A stretch of 64,000 nt of DNA, taken from Candidatus Saccharimonadota bacterium (GTDB lineage Bacteria > Patescibacteriota > Saccharimonadia > CAILAD01 > GCA-016700035). A model generated the notes under the pieces. The model saw only the letters and a list, made by a program, of their open reading frames with translations, was not told where the DNA came from and searched no databases. The stretch covers positions 270,855 to 334,854 of the forward strand of contig JAXLZV010000001.1 of assembly GCA_046350755.1 (NCBI GenBank), read 5' to 3'. Made by a program: the position numbers and the translations under genes. This document shows, one piece after another, positions 45,334 through 54,692 of this stretch (the first letter of the stretch is position 1; every line of letters starts with the position of its first letter).

Positions 45334-46889
45334 TTTGAGACCGATATTTCGACCTTGATATTTTGTGGCGGAACCGGCATATTCGGCACCAGCGGCCAGG
45401 CATCGACCGTTGCGCCTGAGACATTCGGATACTGCTTAGCGATATCCGATACATCCTTCTTCGGCTTACCAGCCACTTGCTTAGCAAGCGCTTCTTTATC
45501 GATTGGCTGGCCGATATAGGCGACCGTGGTCAAGCTATAGGTAAAGGTACCATTAGTATTTTTTATCAGCTTGTAGGTCGCTTGATCAAGGCCCGGGTCG
45601 AGTACCTGAGAGCCGTTTTTGAGGCTGTCAGCCAGAGACTTCGTTACGACTTTTTCCAGATCGGCCCTATCAACGACTAAGACACTATATTTAGCCTTCA
45701 CCGTAACGGTGGCATTGGTGGCCTCTGCCCCTACCGGCGGGTTGCTTGATTGAGTGACGACCGTCGCGGTCAGAGTCTCATCAAGGACCTTTTGCTCTTC
45801 AGTCGCTTTTTCGCGCAATTCATTGAGCGCCTGGGGTCTACTGCCATCAACGAGAGCTTTGACAGCCCCGTCTAGATCAGTCTGGCTGACGACCTTAATG
45901 ACCTTAGAAACACCTCCTGAAGTCGTTCCCGTCGCGGTTACTTTTGCATAACTGCCAACCGTGAACGTAGCGTTCGAAAAGTTATAACTATCACCGTTCT
46001 CCGCAGCCGTTACTGCTGCCGAACCAGTCCCCGCCTTCGAGCAGCTCCCTCCTGAGAATTTTGCACCTGTAACTGCGGTCGAGGTAGTTGTAGTGAACTT
46101 CTTGCCAGCCGTTGACACGACTGAGCCAGCTGGCAGCGTAAAGTCTTCACTCTCAGAACAGTTTGAGATGCTGAGCGTGCCGGTGGCTTTTGCGCCGACA
46201 TCCTTTTGCCCGGTCGACTCAATACTTTGCGAGAGATCCTTAGTGGTTTCCAGCGCTCGGGCTGGCACATCGCCAGAGCCAGTACTCGTCACAACAAACG
46301 TCGTCGAGACATCACGCCGATCAGCCGCCGCCTGCACCCTAACTGTCGCCGTCTGCACAAAAGAGGACATCAGCCACATGAAGAGGAGAAAGCCAAGCAG
46401 ACCGGCACCCGCCCAAATCCAGACTTTAAAGCGATCGTAATTTGGGATCTTGCCACGACTATTCTTTTTCGACTTTTTACTTTTCTTGCGGGCTGTTTGC
46501 GGCTCATCAAACCGCTGAACCGGCACATCGTCATTGCGTGGCTCATCCCGAGCAATCGGTGGCACGATGGCAGCTTGAGTAACTGACTTAGGCTCTGGGT
46601 CCGCCTCTGGCACTTTAGCTTCAGCTTTCACGTTTTTAGCCACTAGTAGACCGACTTTCCCAGCTAGGGCTGTGGCGTGCTTGTCGGCCGTAACTAGCAC
46701 CAGTTCTTTATCAGATGATTTCGCAGCTTTCTTAAGCAATTTGAGATTGACGATACTCTGCAGAAACGGCGAACGGGCAGGCACAACAATGCGCACCTCA
46801 TCACCAGCGGCTTTCTTCAGCTTCTCAATTGCTTCGGTGATCTCAGCATCATGCTCGAGATAAATAATATTGTCTTCGTGGTCTGCCAT
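45330..46889 (-). CDS. Hypothetical bitopic membrane protein (cytoplasmic N-domain, TM, Ser/Thr/Gly-rich beta-rich exodomain)
   Basis: 519 aa; 4-nt overlap with ruvX; no motif recognised. Confidence 0.4.
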   Translation of the reverse strand: MADHEDNIIYLEHDAEITEAIEKLKKAAGDEVRIVVPARSPFLQSIVNLKLLKKAAKSSDKELVLVTADKHATALAGKVGLLVAKNVKAEAKVPEADPEPKSVTQAAIVPPIARDEPRNDDVPVQRFDEPQTARKKSKKSKKNSRGKIPNYDRFKVWIWAGAGLLGFLLFMWLMSSFVQTATVRVQAAADRRDVSTTFVVTSTGSGDVPARALETTKDLSQSIESTGQKDVGAKATGTLSISNCSESEDFTLPAGSVVSTAGKKFTTTTSTAVTGAKFSGGSCSKAGTGSAAVTAAENGDSYNFSNATFTVGSYAKVTATGTTSGGVSKVIKVVSQTDLDGAVKALVDGSRPQALNELREKATEEQKVLDETLTATVVTQSSNPPVGAEATNATVTVKAKYSVLVVDRADLEKVVTKSLADSLKNGSQVLDPGLDQATYKLIKNTNGTFTYSLTTVAYIGQPIDKEALAKQVAGKPKKDVSDIAKQYPNVSGATVDAWPLVPNMPVPPQNIKVEISVSK

Positions 46890-47002
46890 AAGAGTATTCG
46901 TTTTCTAGTATACCTTATAGGAAGAGCTTACAAAACAGTCCTGAAGAAATGATGAAGGCCCACAATCCCGAAGGAGAGTGGACCTTATTTGTTCGTGTGA
47001 GC

Positions 47003-47317
47003 TCATGCAGACATGGAAGCGTTGCTCCGCTGGCTGATGTGGTCATCAATGTTTCTCATGACCTGACCAACAGCAAATGCGAAGCACCACATTACGATGG
47101 CGAGCAAGACGCCCGCTACAGCCTGTTCGTTTGACGCCAGCTCAAAGCAGGCGAAACCGACTGCCACATAACCAGGGGCCAGGAAGAACCATGGTACGCC
47201 ACGCGAGAGAGCATGCTCACCCGTGGCGAACGCCAGGGCACACGTGAGGATCGCCAGGATATTGGCGAAGAGGTACACCAGAACGCACAGAAGCACGATC
47301 AGCATATGAGTACTCAT
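47003..47317 (-). CDS. Small 3-TM membrane protein, hypothetical
   Basis: 104 aa, hydrophobic throughout. Confidence 0.35.
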   Translation of the reverse strand: MSTHMLIVLLCVLVYLFANILAILTCALAFATGEHALSRGVPWFFLAPGYVAVGFACFELASNEQAVAGVLLAIVMWCFAFAVGQVMRNIDDHISQRSNASMSA

Positions 47318-47404
47318 CTGTAACCAATCTGTTGGAGGAACATAAACGAACCTGGTTATTATACCTTAAAGCTTATGCTTTGTCAAGTATAACGAGGGCA
47401 ATTA

Positions 47405-48712
47405 TCAGATAGACAGCGTGCGACTGAGGCGCTGGAGGATCTGCTCGCCGGCTGGTTCGGAACCAACGATATCGAGCGCGAGGTTCGCGAGACCCATTGG
47501 CGTGATGTCCTGCGGACTCGTCAGGCGGCCGGTGTGATCGACGACGCGATTCACATCCGCCGGGGCGACAAAATCAATCTTCGGTTTGCGAGCGAAAGGC
47601 AGGTCCTTATACCAGCCGGCGGTCAGTAGAGCTTCTTTAATCTCCGGCAGAGCCGAGCCGCCACCACAGAGCAAGATGCGATTCGGCAAATGATCGAGCT
47701 CATCAAACTCCGACAGCGACAGCTCTACGCCCGACAACCAGACGTCAACGTCACGCGCCAGCGCTTCAGCCACTTCTTTCTCCTGGGCTTTATTCAGCTT
47801 CCCGGCTGAATGGTGCAACTTGAGCTCTTCGGCTTCTTCAAAGCTGACACTCAAGCTCTGGCCGATGCGCTTCGTAAAACTACGTCCACCGATTGCGAAC
47901 ATCTTCGTGCCAACCACGCCACCATTATTCACCACCGCGATGTCGGACGTGCCACCACCGATATCAATGAAAATCGCTGAAAACTCAGTCGAATCGTCCG
48001 CACCGACGCTCTTCGCGACGGCAAACGGCTCAGCGGCTATATTAATGAGGTTAAGATCCAGATCGCGGGCGACCGACTGTAAAGCACCAAGATGCACCAT
48101 TGGCGCAAAGGCCGTAAAAACCGCGATCGACACATCTCGCCCCTGGAAGCCAACTGGGTTTGTCACCCGATAGCCGTCAATCTCGACATCAACCACGGCG
48201 GCATTGACCAGCTTGACCTGGACGTCCTCGGAGCCGGTCTCCCAAGCTAACTGATCACGGACTTTTTCAAAAGCCGTGCGCTGCACGCGCTCGATGATGT
48301 CCTTCAGCTCCACCATATCAATCTGTACTTCCGGCCGCGCTCGGCGATAACTCACCGTCGTGCTCATTCCCTTCACCAGCTCGCCAGCGATACCAATTAC
48401 TGTATTACGAGCCACTACGCCCGCCATCGCCTCAGCTTCACGGAGCGCCTTATCGCAATTCTCAACCACGCCAGCAATATCCGTCACGGCACCGTTGGCC
48501 ATATCAGTAAGTCGTTGATGCGCCCGGGCCGCGCCAATAATTTCGACATGACTACCCTTTACTTCGCCGATCAAAGCTTTGACGTACTCCGTACCGATAT
48601 CGAGCGAAACGATATACGGATCAGCCGCAACTTTCGCCGCTCGTGATTTCTGACCACGACCAGGAAGCTTCGGCAGCTTGGGGATTTTTGGAAGCTTGAG
48701 CGCCATACGCAT
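47405..48712 (-). CDS. ftsA: Actin-like ATPase of the FtsA/PilM family (probably cell division protein FtsA)
   Basis: VSLDIGTEYVKALIGE (phosphate-1), IDIGGGTSDIAV (phosphate-2), actin-fold adenosine motif; 435 aa. There is no adjacent ftsZ, so a PilM-like role cannot be excluded. Confidence 0.6.
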   Translation of the reverse strand: MRMALKLPKIPKLPKLPGRGQKSRAAKVAADPYIVSLDIGTEYVKALIGEVKGSHVEIIGAARAHQRLTDMANGAVTDIAGVVENCDKALREAEAMAGVVARNTVIGIAGELVKGMSTTVSYRRARPEVQIDMVELKDIIERVQRTAFEKVRDQLAWETGSEDVQVKLVNAAVVDVEIDGYRVTNPVGFQGRDVSIAVFTAFAPMVHLGALQSVARDLDLNLINIAAEPFAVAKSVGADDSTEFSAIFIDIGGGTSDIAVVNNGGVVGTKMFAIGGRSFTKRIGQSLSVSFEEAEELKLHHSAGKLNKAQEKEVAEALARDVDVWLSGVELSLSEFDELDHLPNRILLCGGGSALPEIKEALLTAGWYKDLPFARKPKIDFVAPADVNRVVDHTGRLTSPQDITPMGLANLALDIVGSEPAGEQILQRLSRTLSI

Positions 48713-48805
48713 TCATTCTAGCAGATTTTGGCCCCCCCTTGCGCTTTTGCCCAGATGTCGGTAACCTGTCAAGCGGTACCTTCACTCTGACCGAAAGGTA
48801 ATTAC

Positions 48806-49651
48806 ATGCCTGAGATGTATGACGCAAGCGATCCACCCGTCGTCCGCGAAGTTAAGGCCCTGCTGTGGGCAGTAGCTGCAGTGCTGCTCGGCTGGTGGTT
48901 GCAGTACATCAAATATCGCTGGCCACGATCCAAGTCAATCGTGAACCAAGTGCCGAACGCGATGTCGGTTTTTCGCATTCCCGTCTCCCCAGTTGTTGCC
49001 GTCATGTTGTCGATCTCCATCTGGGAGGGCAACACGACTGCCGCCTGGTGGTGGTTTGTAGCCGTCGTCGGACTGATCATCCTCGATGGTCTGGATGGGC
49101 CGTTGGCGCGTCAGCTCGACGCGGTCTCCGACTTCGGGAAGGCCATCGATCCAGCTGCCGACAAGGTACTCATCCTGTCGCTAGCCATCGCCTACTCGGT
49201 CCTGGTCATGCATTTTCAGGGCCTTGGAGTGTTCATCCCGCTCGTCGTGGCGCTCAGTTGGGCGATCTGGGTCGAGATCAAACTCGTCATGATTGCCCGC
49301 GATACAGATCGACTGGTCAAACTACTTGGCAATGTTGATTTGCCGGGTGCGAATGTGTTCGGCAAGATAAAGTTCAGCATCCAAGCGCTGTCATTCTTGC
49401 TGGCCTACGCCCTGATGATCACCATGCCAGCTGATCCAGTTGGTGGTTTGTGGCTGACGGTCAGCATGATCGTGGCGCGTTTCTTCGCCGACAAGAGCCT
49501 CGGACGCCACCGTCAAGACGTGTGGGAGTTCGAGAACCTGGCACGTCATCGGCATCTGCCAGTTCCGGCCGCAACCACGGTCCGCGAGCTGGTTCTCTTG
49601 CCCTTTACCCGCAAGGAAAAGTCCACCGAGTCCGGCCAATCAGCCGCCTGA
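48806..49651 (+). CDS. CDP-alcohol phosphatidyltransferase-family protein (PgsA-like phospholipid synthase)
   Basis: DGLDGPLARQLDAVSDFGKAIDPAADK fits D-G-x2-A-R-x8-G-x3-D-x3-D; multiple TM helices. Confidence 0.7.
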   Translation: MPEMYDASDPPVVREVKALLWAVAAVLLGWWLQYIKYRWPRSKSIVNQVPNAMSVFRIPVSPVVAVMLSISIWEGNTTAAWWWFVAVVGLIILDGLDGPLARQLDAVSDFGKAIDPAADKVLILSLAIAYSVLVMHFQGLGVFIPLVVALSWAIWVEIKLVMIARDTDRLVKLLGNVDLPGANVFGKIKFSIQALSFLLAYALMITMPADPVGGLWLTVSMIVARFFADKSLGRHRQDVWEFENLARHRHLPVPAATTVRELVLLPFTRKEKSTESGQSAA

Positions 49652-49668
49652 AATCAGGAGGAAGCACA

Positions 49669-49827
49669 TTGCAGAAGGTCAAGAAACTCATCATCGCCAG
49701 CCTGGCGACCATCGGGGCCCTCGTCGTTGGCGTCATTGTCGCGACGATTGGCTCCGGAGTCGCCCAGGGCTGGGGTCAGCCGGCTCCGTCGCTCGAAAGG
49801 GACTTCGATCCGCCATGGCCGCACTGA
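49669..49827 (+). CDS. Small (52 aa) TM peptide, TTG start with a strong RBS
   Basis: AGGAGG lies 7 nt upstream of the TTG at 49669; LQKVKKLIIASLATIGALVVGVIVATIGSGVAQGW...; first of three overlapping small ORFs. Confidence 0.35.
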   Translation: MQKVKKLIIASLATIGALVVGVIVATIGSGVAQGWGQPAPSLERDFDPPWPH

Positions 49828-50156
49828 AACAACCCTTCATACCCGGGAGTGCTCTGACACTCCGCGAAGGAGACTGGATTGTCGTCTCGCGATGGACTGG
49901 CGTCGAAGAGATCATCGACATCGAGCGAATCGATACTGAGCCTTTCAACTTCCAGCGTCGTGGCGTCGCAGTCATGACTGAAACAGGATATCGTCAGGTG
50001 TTCAGCCCGACTGAGCAGATCTATCGACAGCCTGGCAAAGGTTCACGGCGTAACCCGCCGCCAGCTGGTGATCGTGAACCGCGTGTCGCGGCACCGTCCA
50101 GCGGTTCAGATAGCCGAGTCATCGAAGCATCGGCCGTTGAGGTTGGTGCTCCATGA
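49815..50156 (+). CDS. Hypothetical protein (113 aa)
   Basis: Start overlaps the previous ORF; no motif; high GC. Confidence 0.35.
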   Translation: MAALKQPFIPGSALTLREGDWIVVSRWTGVEEIIDIERIDTEPFNFQRRGVAVMTETGYRQVFSPTEQIYRQPGKGSRRNPPPAGDREPRVAAPSSGSDSRVIEASAVEVGAP

Positions 50157-50380
50157 CCGAAGTGCAGCAGCATACCAAGCTCGACGACAAACTCGTCTCA
50201 GCCCTGGTGTACGGCGATATCGTCAACCCTCAAGGACACCATGTCATGCAGACTGATGTTTTCTACACGCCAGGTAGACTCTCCACAGTCTACCTCTCGA
50301 ATGGTGACACCATGCTGCTCGGCCACGCCGATAAGCTGCCGTTCTACGGCAACATCATGCGGCGACACACAGCAAATTGA
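50153..50380 (+). CDS. Hypothetical protein (75 aa)
   Basis: ATGA overlap with the previous ORF; followed by a terminator hairpin. Confidence 0.35.
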   Translation: MTEVQQHTKLDDKLVSALVYGDIVNPQGHHVMQTDVFYTPGRLSTVYLSNGDTMLLGHADKLPFYGNIMRRHTAN

Positions 50381-50396
50381 GCTCAGCTTGAGCCGG

Positions 50397-50426
50397 CCTC
50401 TCCACATCTGTGGGGAGGCTTTTTAA
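50397..50426 (+). terminator. Rho-independent terminator
   Basis: CCTCTCCACATCTGTGGGGAGG followed by CTTTTTAATT: GC stem plus T-tract, downstream of 50153..50380. Confidence 0.6.
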
Positions 50427-52337
50427 TTATTCGAGCACGGCCTTGATACGGCGGACACCAGCCGAGGAGCTTTCTTCCTTCAGGATGCGGAATTTACCAA
50501 GCTCACCGGTGTGTGGCACATGTGGTCCACCACAGATCTCACGACTGTACCAATCGCCGTCATTATGACCGACCGTATAAACCTTCACGATGTCCGGATA
50601 TTTTTCACCAAAAGCACCGAGCGCGCCAGCTGCAAAAGCCTCGTCCTTGCCCATCTCGACAAAGCTGACCGGTAAATCTCGACGAATGACGTCATTCACG
50701 ATCCGCTCGACTTCAGCGATTTGCTCAGGGGTCATCTTTTCGTGGTGAGAAAAATCAAACCGCAGGCGTTCGGGTGTGATATTGCTTCCCCGTTGCATCA
50801 CATGATCGCCAAGTACATTGCGTAGGGCGCGGTACATCAAATGGGTAGCCGTATGATAAGCGATAGTTTTCGTCGAATGATCCGCCAGACCGCCCTTAAA
50901 TTGCCCAGCTGTCGCAGTACGAGACCGATCTTTCTGCTCATTGAGCAAGCGATCATATTCGGCCTGCCAATGTTCATCGACTGGCACATTTTCCTTGGCG
51001 GCCTCCTCGAGGCTCAGCTCGGCCGGAAAGCCATAGGTGTCCGATAGCTGAAAGATCAACTTGCCCGTGAGCGCGGTGCGCTTACCGGTCGCAACTGGTG
51101 GACGCTGCGAAAAGTCCAGCTCCGACGTCCGTTTCTCAAACTCCTTCAAGCCCCGCTCCAGCGTCTTGCGAAACTGCTCTTCCTCACCCGTCAGCACTGC
51201 CATGACTTCCTCGGCCCGCTCAACGACTTCGGGATAATCATCTTTATAGATATCAACAACTACTGGTACAATCGCCGCCATCAGGCCGGTCTCTATACCA
51301 AGCTCTAATCCGCGCCGAATCGCCCGCCGCGCCATCCGCCGCAGCACATAGCCTTGAGCTGTATTACTTGGCCGTACACCGTCGACCGCCATAAAGCTCA
51401 CACTGCGCAAGTGATCAGCAATCACACGCATCGCCGCTTCATTCCCTTCATAACGAACATTCGTGAGTAAAACTAACTGATCAATGATTGGCCACAACAG
51501 ATCCGTCCGAAAGACATCGGGTGAGTCAAGGACCGCTGCCGCCAAGCGCTCGAGACCCCCACCGAAGTCGATGTTCTTGTGACGTAATTGATCAAAACCA
51601 GTATCAGTTTTGATGTACTGCATAAAGACATTGTTACCGATCTCCATGAAGCGACCAGAGTCACTCGCCGGATGTGGCTCCCCATAGCTTGCGTCATGAT
51701 GCTCAGGCCCGAAGTCATAGAACATCTCACTGTCCGGTCCACCAGGCTCACCGACAGGCATCGCCGCTGGCACGCCAGCCCGACTCCACCAGTTTTCTTT
51801 GGCGTCGTAGTAAAAAATTCGTCCACCTTGCATACCGTCACGATCACCATTTTCAGCCGAACCAATCTCGACGACTTTCGCTTCAACACCGGCCGATGCA
51901 AACAGCTCCTGCCAAAGCATAGCTGCTTCTTCATCGCGAGGGATGCCGAGTGATACATCACCAGCAAAGCAGCTGACATACAACTTGTTTGGATCCAACC
52001 GAAGTTCAACAGTGAGAAATTCCCACATCCAACGAATTTGCTCAGTCTTAAAGTAGTCACCCAGTGACCAGTTACCAAGCATTTCAAAAAAGGTTGTATG
52101 ACGATTATCACCTACATCATCGATATCCTGAGCCCGTACACAGGTTTGTGAATTAGCTAAACGCGTACCTTTGGGATGCGGCTCACCCAAGAGATATGGC
52201 ACCATTGGCTGCATACCCGAGCCGGTGAACAGTGTCGTCGGGTCTCCATCGGGGACAATATTGGCACGCGGCACCAGGACATGCCCTTGGCGCTGCATAA
52301 ACTCTAAGTATTTTCTTCGAACTTCTTGGGCCTTCAT
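50427..52337 (-). CDS. alaS: Alanyl-tRNA synthetase, compact form (636 aa)
   Basis: Class-II catalytic core (FTGSGMQPMVPY...), tRNA-recognition domain, and a C-terminal Cys/His metal-binding motif (REICGGPHVPHTG). The C-Ala domain of long AlaS is absent. Confidence 0.85.
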   Translation of the reverse strand: MKAQEVRRKYLEFMQRQGHVLVPRANIVPDGDPTTLFTGSGMQPMVPYLLGEPHPKGTRLANSQTCVRAQDIDDVGDNRHTTFFEMLGNWSLGDYFKTEQIRWMWEFLTVELRLDPNKLYVSCFAGDVSLGIPRDEEAAMLWQELFASAGVEAKVVEIGSAENGDRDGMQGGRIFYYDAKENWWSRAGVPAAMPVGEPGGPDSEMFYDFGPEHHDASYGEPHPASDSGRFMEIGNNVFMQYIKTDTGFDQLRHKNIDFGGGLERLAAAVLDSPDVFRTDLLWPIIDQLVLLTNVRYEGNEAAMRVIADHLRSVSFMAVDGVRPSNTAQGYVLRRMARRAIRRGLELGIETGLMAAIVPVVVDIYKDDYPEVVERAEEVMAVLTGEEEQFRKTLERGLKEFEKRTSELDFSQRPPVATGKRTALTGKLIFQLSDTYGFPAELSLEEAAKENVPVDEHWQAEYDRLLNEQKDRSRTATAGQFKGGLADHSTKTIAYHTATHLMYRALRNVLGDHVMQRGSNITPERLRFDFSHHEKMTPEQIAEVERIVNDVIRRDLPVSFVEMGKDEAFAAGALGAFGEKYPDIVKVYTVGHNDGDWYSREICGGPHVPHTGELGKFRILKEESSSAGVRRIKAVLE

Positions 52338-52385
52338 ATCTGTTGATTATACCTGATATGAGGGGTTTTGTGGAGGATTTTACTA

Positions 52386-52414
52386 TTGACAAATAGCTTA
52401 TGCTATGCTACAAT
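52386..52414 (+). promoter_or_regulatory. Consensus sigma-70 promoter TTGACA, 17 nt spacer, TACAAT
   Basis: TTGACA at 52386-52391, 17-nt spacer, TACAAT at 52409-52414; RBS GGAGAA then ATG at 52464. Confidence 0.55.
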
Positions 52415-52463
52415 ATACAGGTTTCGCAAGACCGCGAAATCCCCCAGAACCTTGGAGAACATC

Positions 52464-52886
52464 ATGAGCAACAACCGACGTCGAGTCGTCCTGAGCCTGT
52501 TGGCTGTGACGCTCGCGATCATTGCGATCGTGATCGGCAGCGGCAGCGCCGGAGCGACGGGTCACCAGACCTGGCCGCACCCGGACTGTGAGGACCATGT
52601 GTATGGGAACGAGTACTGCTCGCCCGCTACAACTGTCCCCCACCCGCCGAGCACCGTCAAGTGCCCACCACGGTCCACGACCACCACGACCACCGTTCCG
52701 GAGGTCACGGTCCCACCGACCACGGCCGTCACTCCGACGACCACTCCGACGACGACCACCACGACCGAGGTCCTGGAGTTCCCGCCGCCGGACTACGCGT
52801 ACCACCCGGCTCCGCCGGCACCCACACCGACCCCGGCTCCGCCGGCACCGGTTCAGCCGGTCAAGAAGATCAGCTTCACCGGCTGA
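52464..52886 (+). CDS. Secreted Thr/Pro-rich small protein encoded in a high-GC patch
   Basis: MSNNRRRVVLSLLAVTLAIIAIVIGSGSAGA signal, then Cys-containing segments and TTTTTT / PAPPAP low-complexity sequence. By eye the GC content is much higher than in neighbouring genes. Start at the internal ATG at 52464. Confidence 0.45.
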   Translation: MSNNRRRVVLSLLAVTLAIIAIVIGSGSAGATGHQTWPHPDCEDHVYGNEYCSPATTVPHPPSTVKCPPRSTTTTTTVPEVTVPPTTAVTPTTTPTTTTTTEVLEFPPPDYAYHPAPPAPTPTPAPPAPVQPVKKISFTG

Positions 52887-52963
52887 TCACAGCTCATCTC
52901 CCAACCACAAGGGCGCCCCACCGGGGCGCCCTTTCACTTTCTATTGACTCAGTGATACTGACA

Positions 52964-53608
52964 TTAAGGCATGTCGGTCGGAATACCATAGATAGCAATG
53001 TCGGTTGCACTTGGGGTATTTTGTAGGCCAGCAACGATAACCACCCAAACCCCATTCGTCTTTTTCAGGATGAGTGAATAACCACCCGTTTCACCTTTTG
53101 CACTCACCGCAACACTCGCAAAATTTTTGTCTTTAGCACTGATTTTCGGAGCCCCATAGACAACTGTGTCAGCCTTATAGGCCACAGTGCTGGGCACAAA
53201 GACTTTTGCGGCAGCCGTTATAGCCTCGGCGTCGGTCTTCGGCGTCGGGGTTGGACTCGGACTCGGCGAAGCCTCGAGCTCTTTTACCTTCTTCTCGGCC
53301 TCAGCTAGTTTCTTCTCGGCTGCGTCTTTGGCATCGACTGCTGTCTGAGTAGTTTGATTGATCATTGTCCGCTGCTGCCACCAGAGATACCCAAACGTAG
53401 CGGCCGCACCTGCCAAAATAACAAATAGCAGCACCAGTAAAATCTTCTTACCTTTTTTTGGTTTGCCAACATTCCCAGACGGCGCACCCAGCGGCGTAGA
53501 CCCCGACCCGGCGGTGTGGGTTGGTAAGGTCGAAGGCGGTACATTCATGGCTGGTTTCGCGTCAGGATCAACCGGTCGACTGATTGGTTCGGGCGTATTT
53601 GGTTCCAT
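52964..53608 (-). CDS. Bitopic membrane protein: Pro-rich cytoplasmic N-terminus, TM, coiled-coil, C-terminal beta domain; paralogue of 53608..54567
   Basis: LLVLLFVILAGAAATFGYLWWQQ as TM, then DAKDAAEKKLAEAEKKVKELEA. Confidence 0.4.
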   Translation of the reverse strand: MEPNTPEPISRPVDPDAKPAMNVPPSTLPTHTAGSGSTPLGAPSGNVGKPKKGKKILLVLLFVILAGAAATFGYLWWQQRTMINQTTQTAVDAKDAAEKKLAEAEKKVKELEASPSPSPTPTPKTDAEAITAAAKVFVPSTVAYKADTVVYGAPKISAKDKNFASVAVSAKGETGGYSLILKKTNGVWVVIVAGLQNTPSATDIAIYGIPTDMP

Positions 53609-54567
53609 TAATTACTCTCCTTGAGTGTCTTTAATAGCTCAGTAACTGCCGGCTTATCGGTGGTGGCAACTTGCTGAACCGTCTTATCGGCCGAGCAACT
53701 CGACTGCGCTGCATCATAAACGTAGTACGTGTCGCCTACCTTAAAGATAGTGGTATCATTTGGCTCCTGAGTGTCGATCTTTGCTCCTTTATACGTCTCG
53801 CCACTAGCGTAGCTCGTGAGCGTACCGAGGGGAGCAAATTCGGCCGTACACTTTGGTGCCGCATTACTTATCTTGACTTCGGCCGCAACAAGATTTCCCG
53901 AAGAGAAAGTAATCACCTTGTGCACCTTCTTCTCAGCATCAGTCGTTTCGCGATAGCGGTAAGTGATGTTCTTCGTAGTGTCAGTCAATGAATAGGTGAC
54001 GCCAAGTTCTGGTATTAATCGAACCGTCGCTGTACCCGTCGTTGTCGAACCGCCGCTGAGCTCCTTGACTTGCTTATCGAGCGCTTGATTACTGGCGGTG
54101 AGCTGGGCATTTTTCTGAGCTAAATCATCAGCGTTGGCTTTGCCGCTCCACCAAAGATAGGCGAAAGCTCCGGCGGCAATCAGGGCAATCACCAAGAGAG
54201 CAATCAATAGCCCCTTCCCGCCGCCTGATCCACCACCTGTCGATGGACGAGCAGTATTTAACGGAGGCATCTCATCATCGCCGCCATCAATAACTTCTGG
54301 AGTTAGCACTTCTGGCTCTTCGTCCTTGGTGAGCTTGGGTGGCTTCGGCTCTTTTGCTACCGGTGCGCTAGCTTTTACGGGAATCTGGGCCGGCTTATCG
54401 TCGTCTTTCTTGAGCTCATCGGCAATATCTGCCATGGTCTTAGATTCTTCTTTTTTACTATTCAGCTTGATTTCGTCAGTAGTCTCCGACGAATCTGGCT
54501 TGGGCATATACGCAAGTGAGCCACTTGCTACGTCAGGATCACCTGACTTTCCAACATTGATATTCAT
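53608..54567 (-). CDS. Bitopic membrane protein, larger paralogue of 52964..53608
   Basis: LLIALLVIALIAAGAFAYLWWSGK as TM, then a coiled-coil. Start at the ATG at 54567 (MNINVGK...); the ORF-track start at 54675 is a possible alternative. Confidence 0.4.
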   Translation of the reverse strand: MNINVGKSGDPDVASGSLAYMPKPDSSETTDEIKLNSKKEESKTMADIADELKKDDDKPAQIPVKASAPVAKEPKPPKLTKDEEPEVLTPEVIDGGDDEMPPLNTARPSTGGGSGGGKGLLIALLVIALIAAGAFAYLWWSGKANADDLAQKNAQLTASNQALDKQVKELSGGSTTTGTATVRLIPELGVTYSLTDTTKNITYRYRETTDAEKKVHKVITFSSGNLVAAEVKISNAAPKCTAEFAPLGTLTSYASGETYKGAKIDTQEPNDTTIFKVGDTYYVYDAAQSSCSADKTVQQVATTDKPAVTELLKTLKESN

Positions 54568-54692
54568 AGAAAAAACGCGTCCGTTTACCTGCCAACAGTG
54601 TAGCATAAGGACTTTATAGAGTGCGAGCTTATGCTTGCCATTGACTGAAAAATAGTACACAATCAGCCCCAACATCTACCCGAAAGGCGCTG

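Noticed and set aside
51473-52111. 212-aa minus-strand ORF and several plus-strand ORFs within alaS
   Set aside because: Alternative frames inside a well-supported alaS reading frame.
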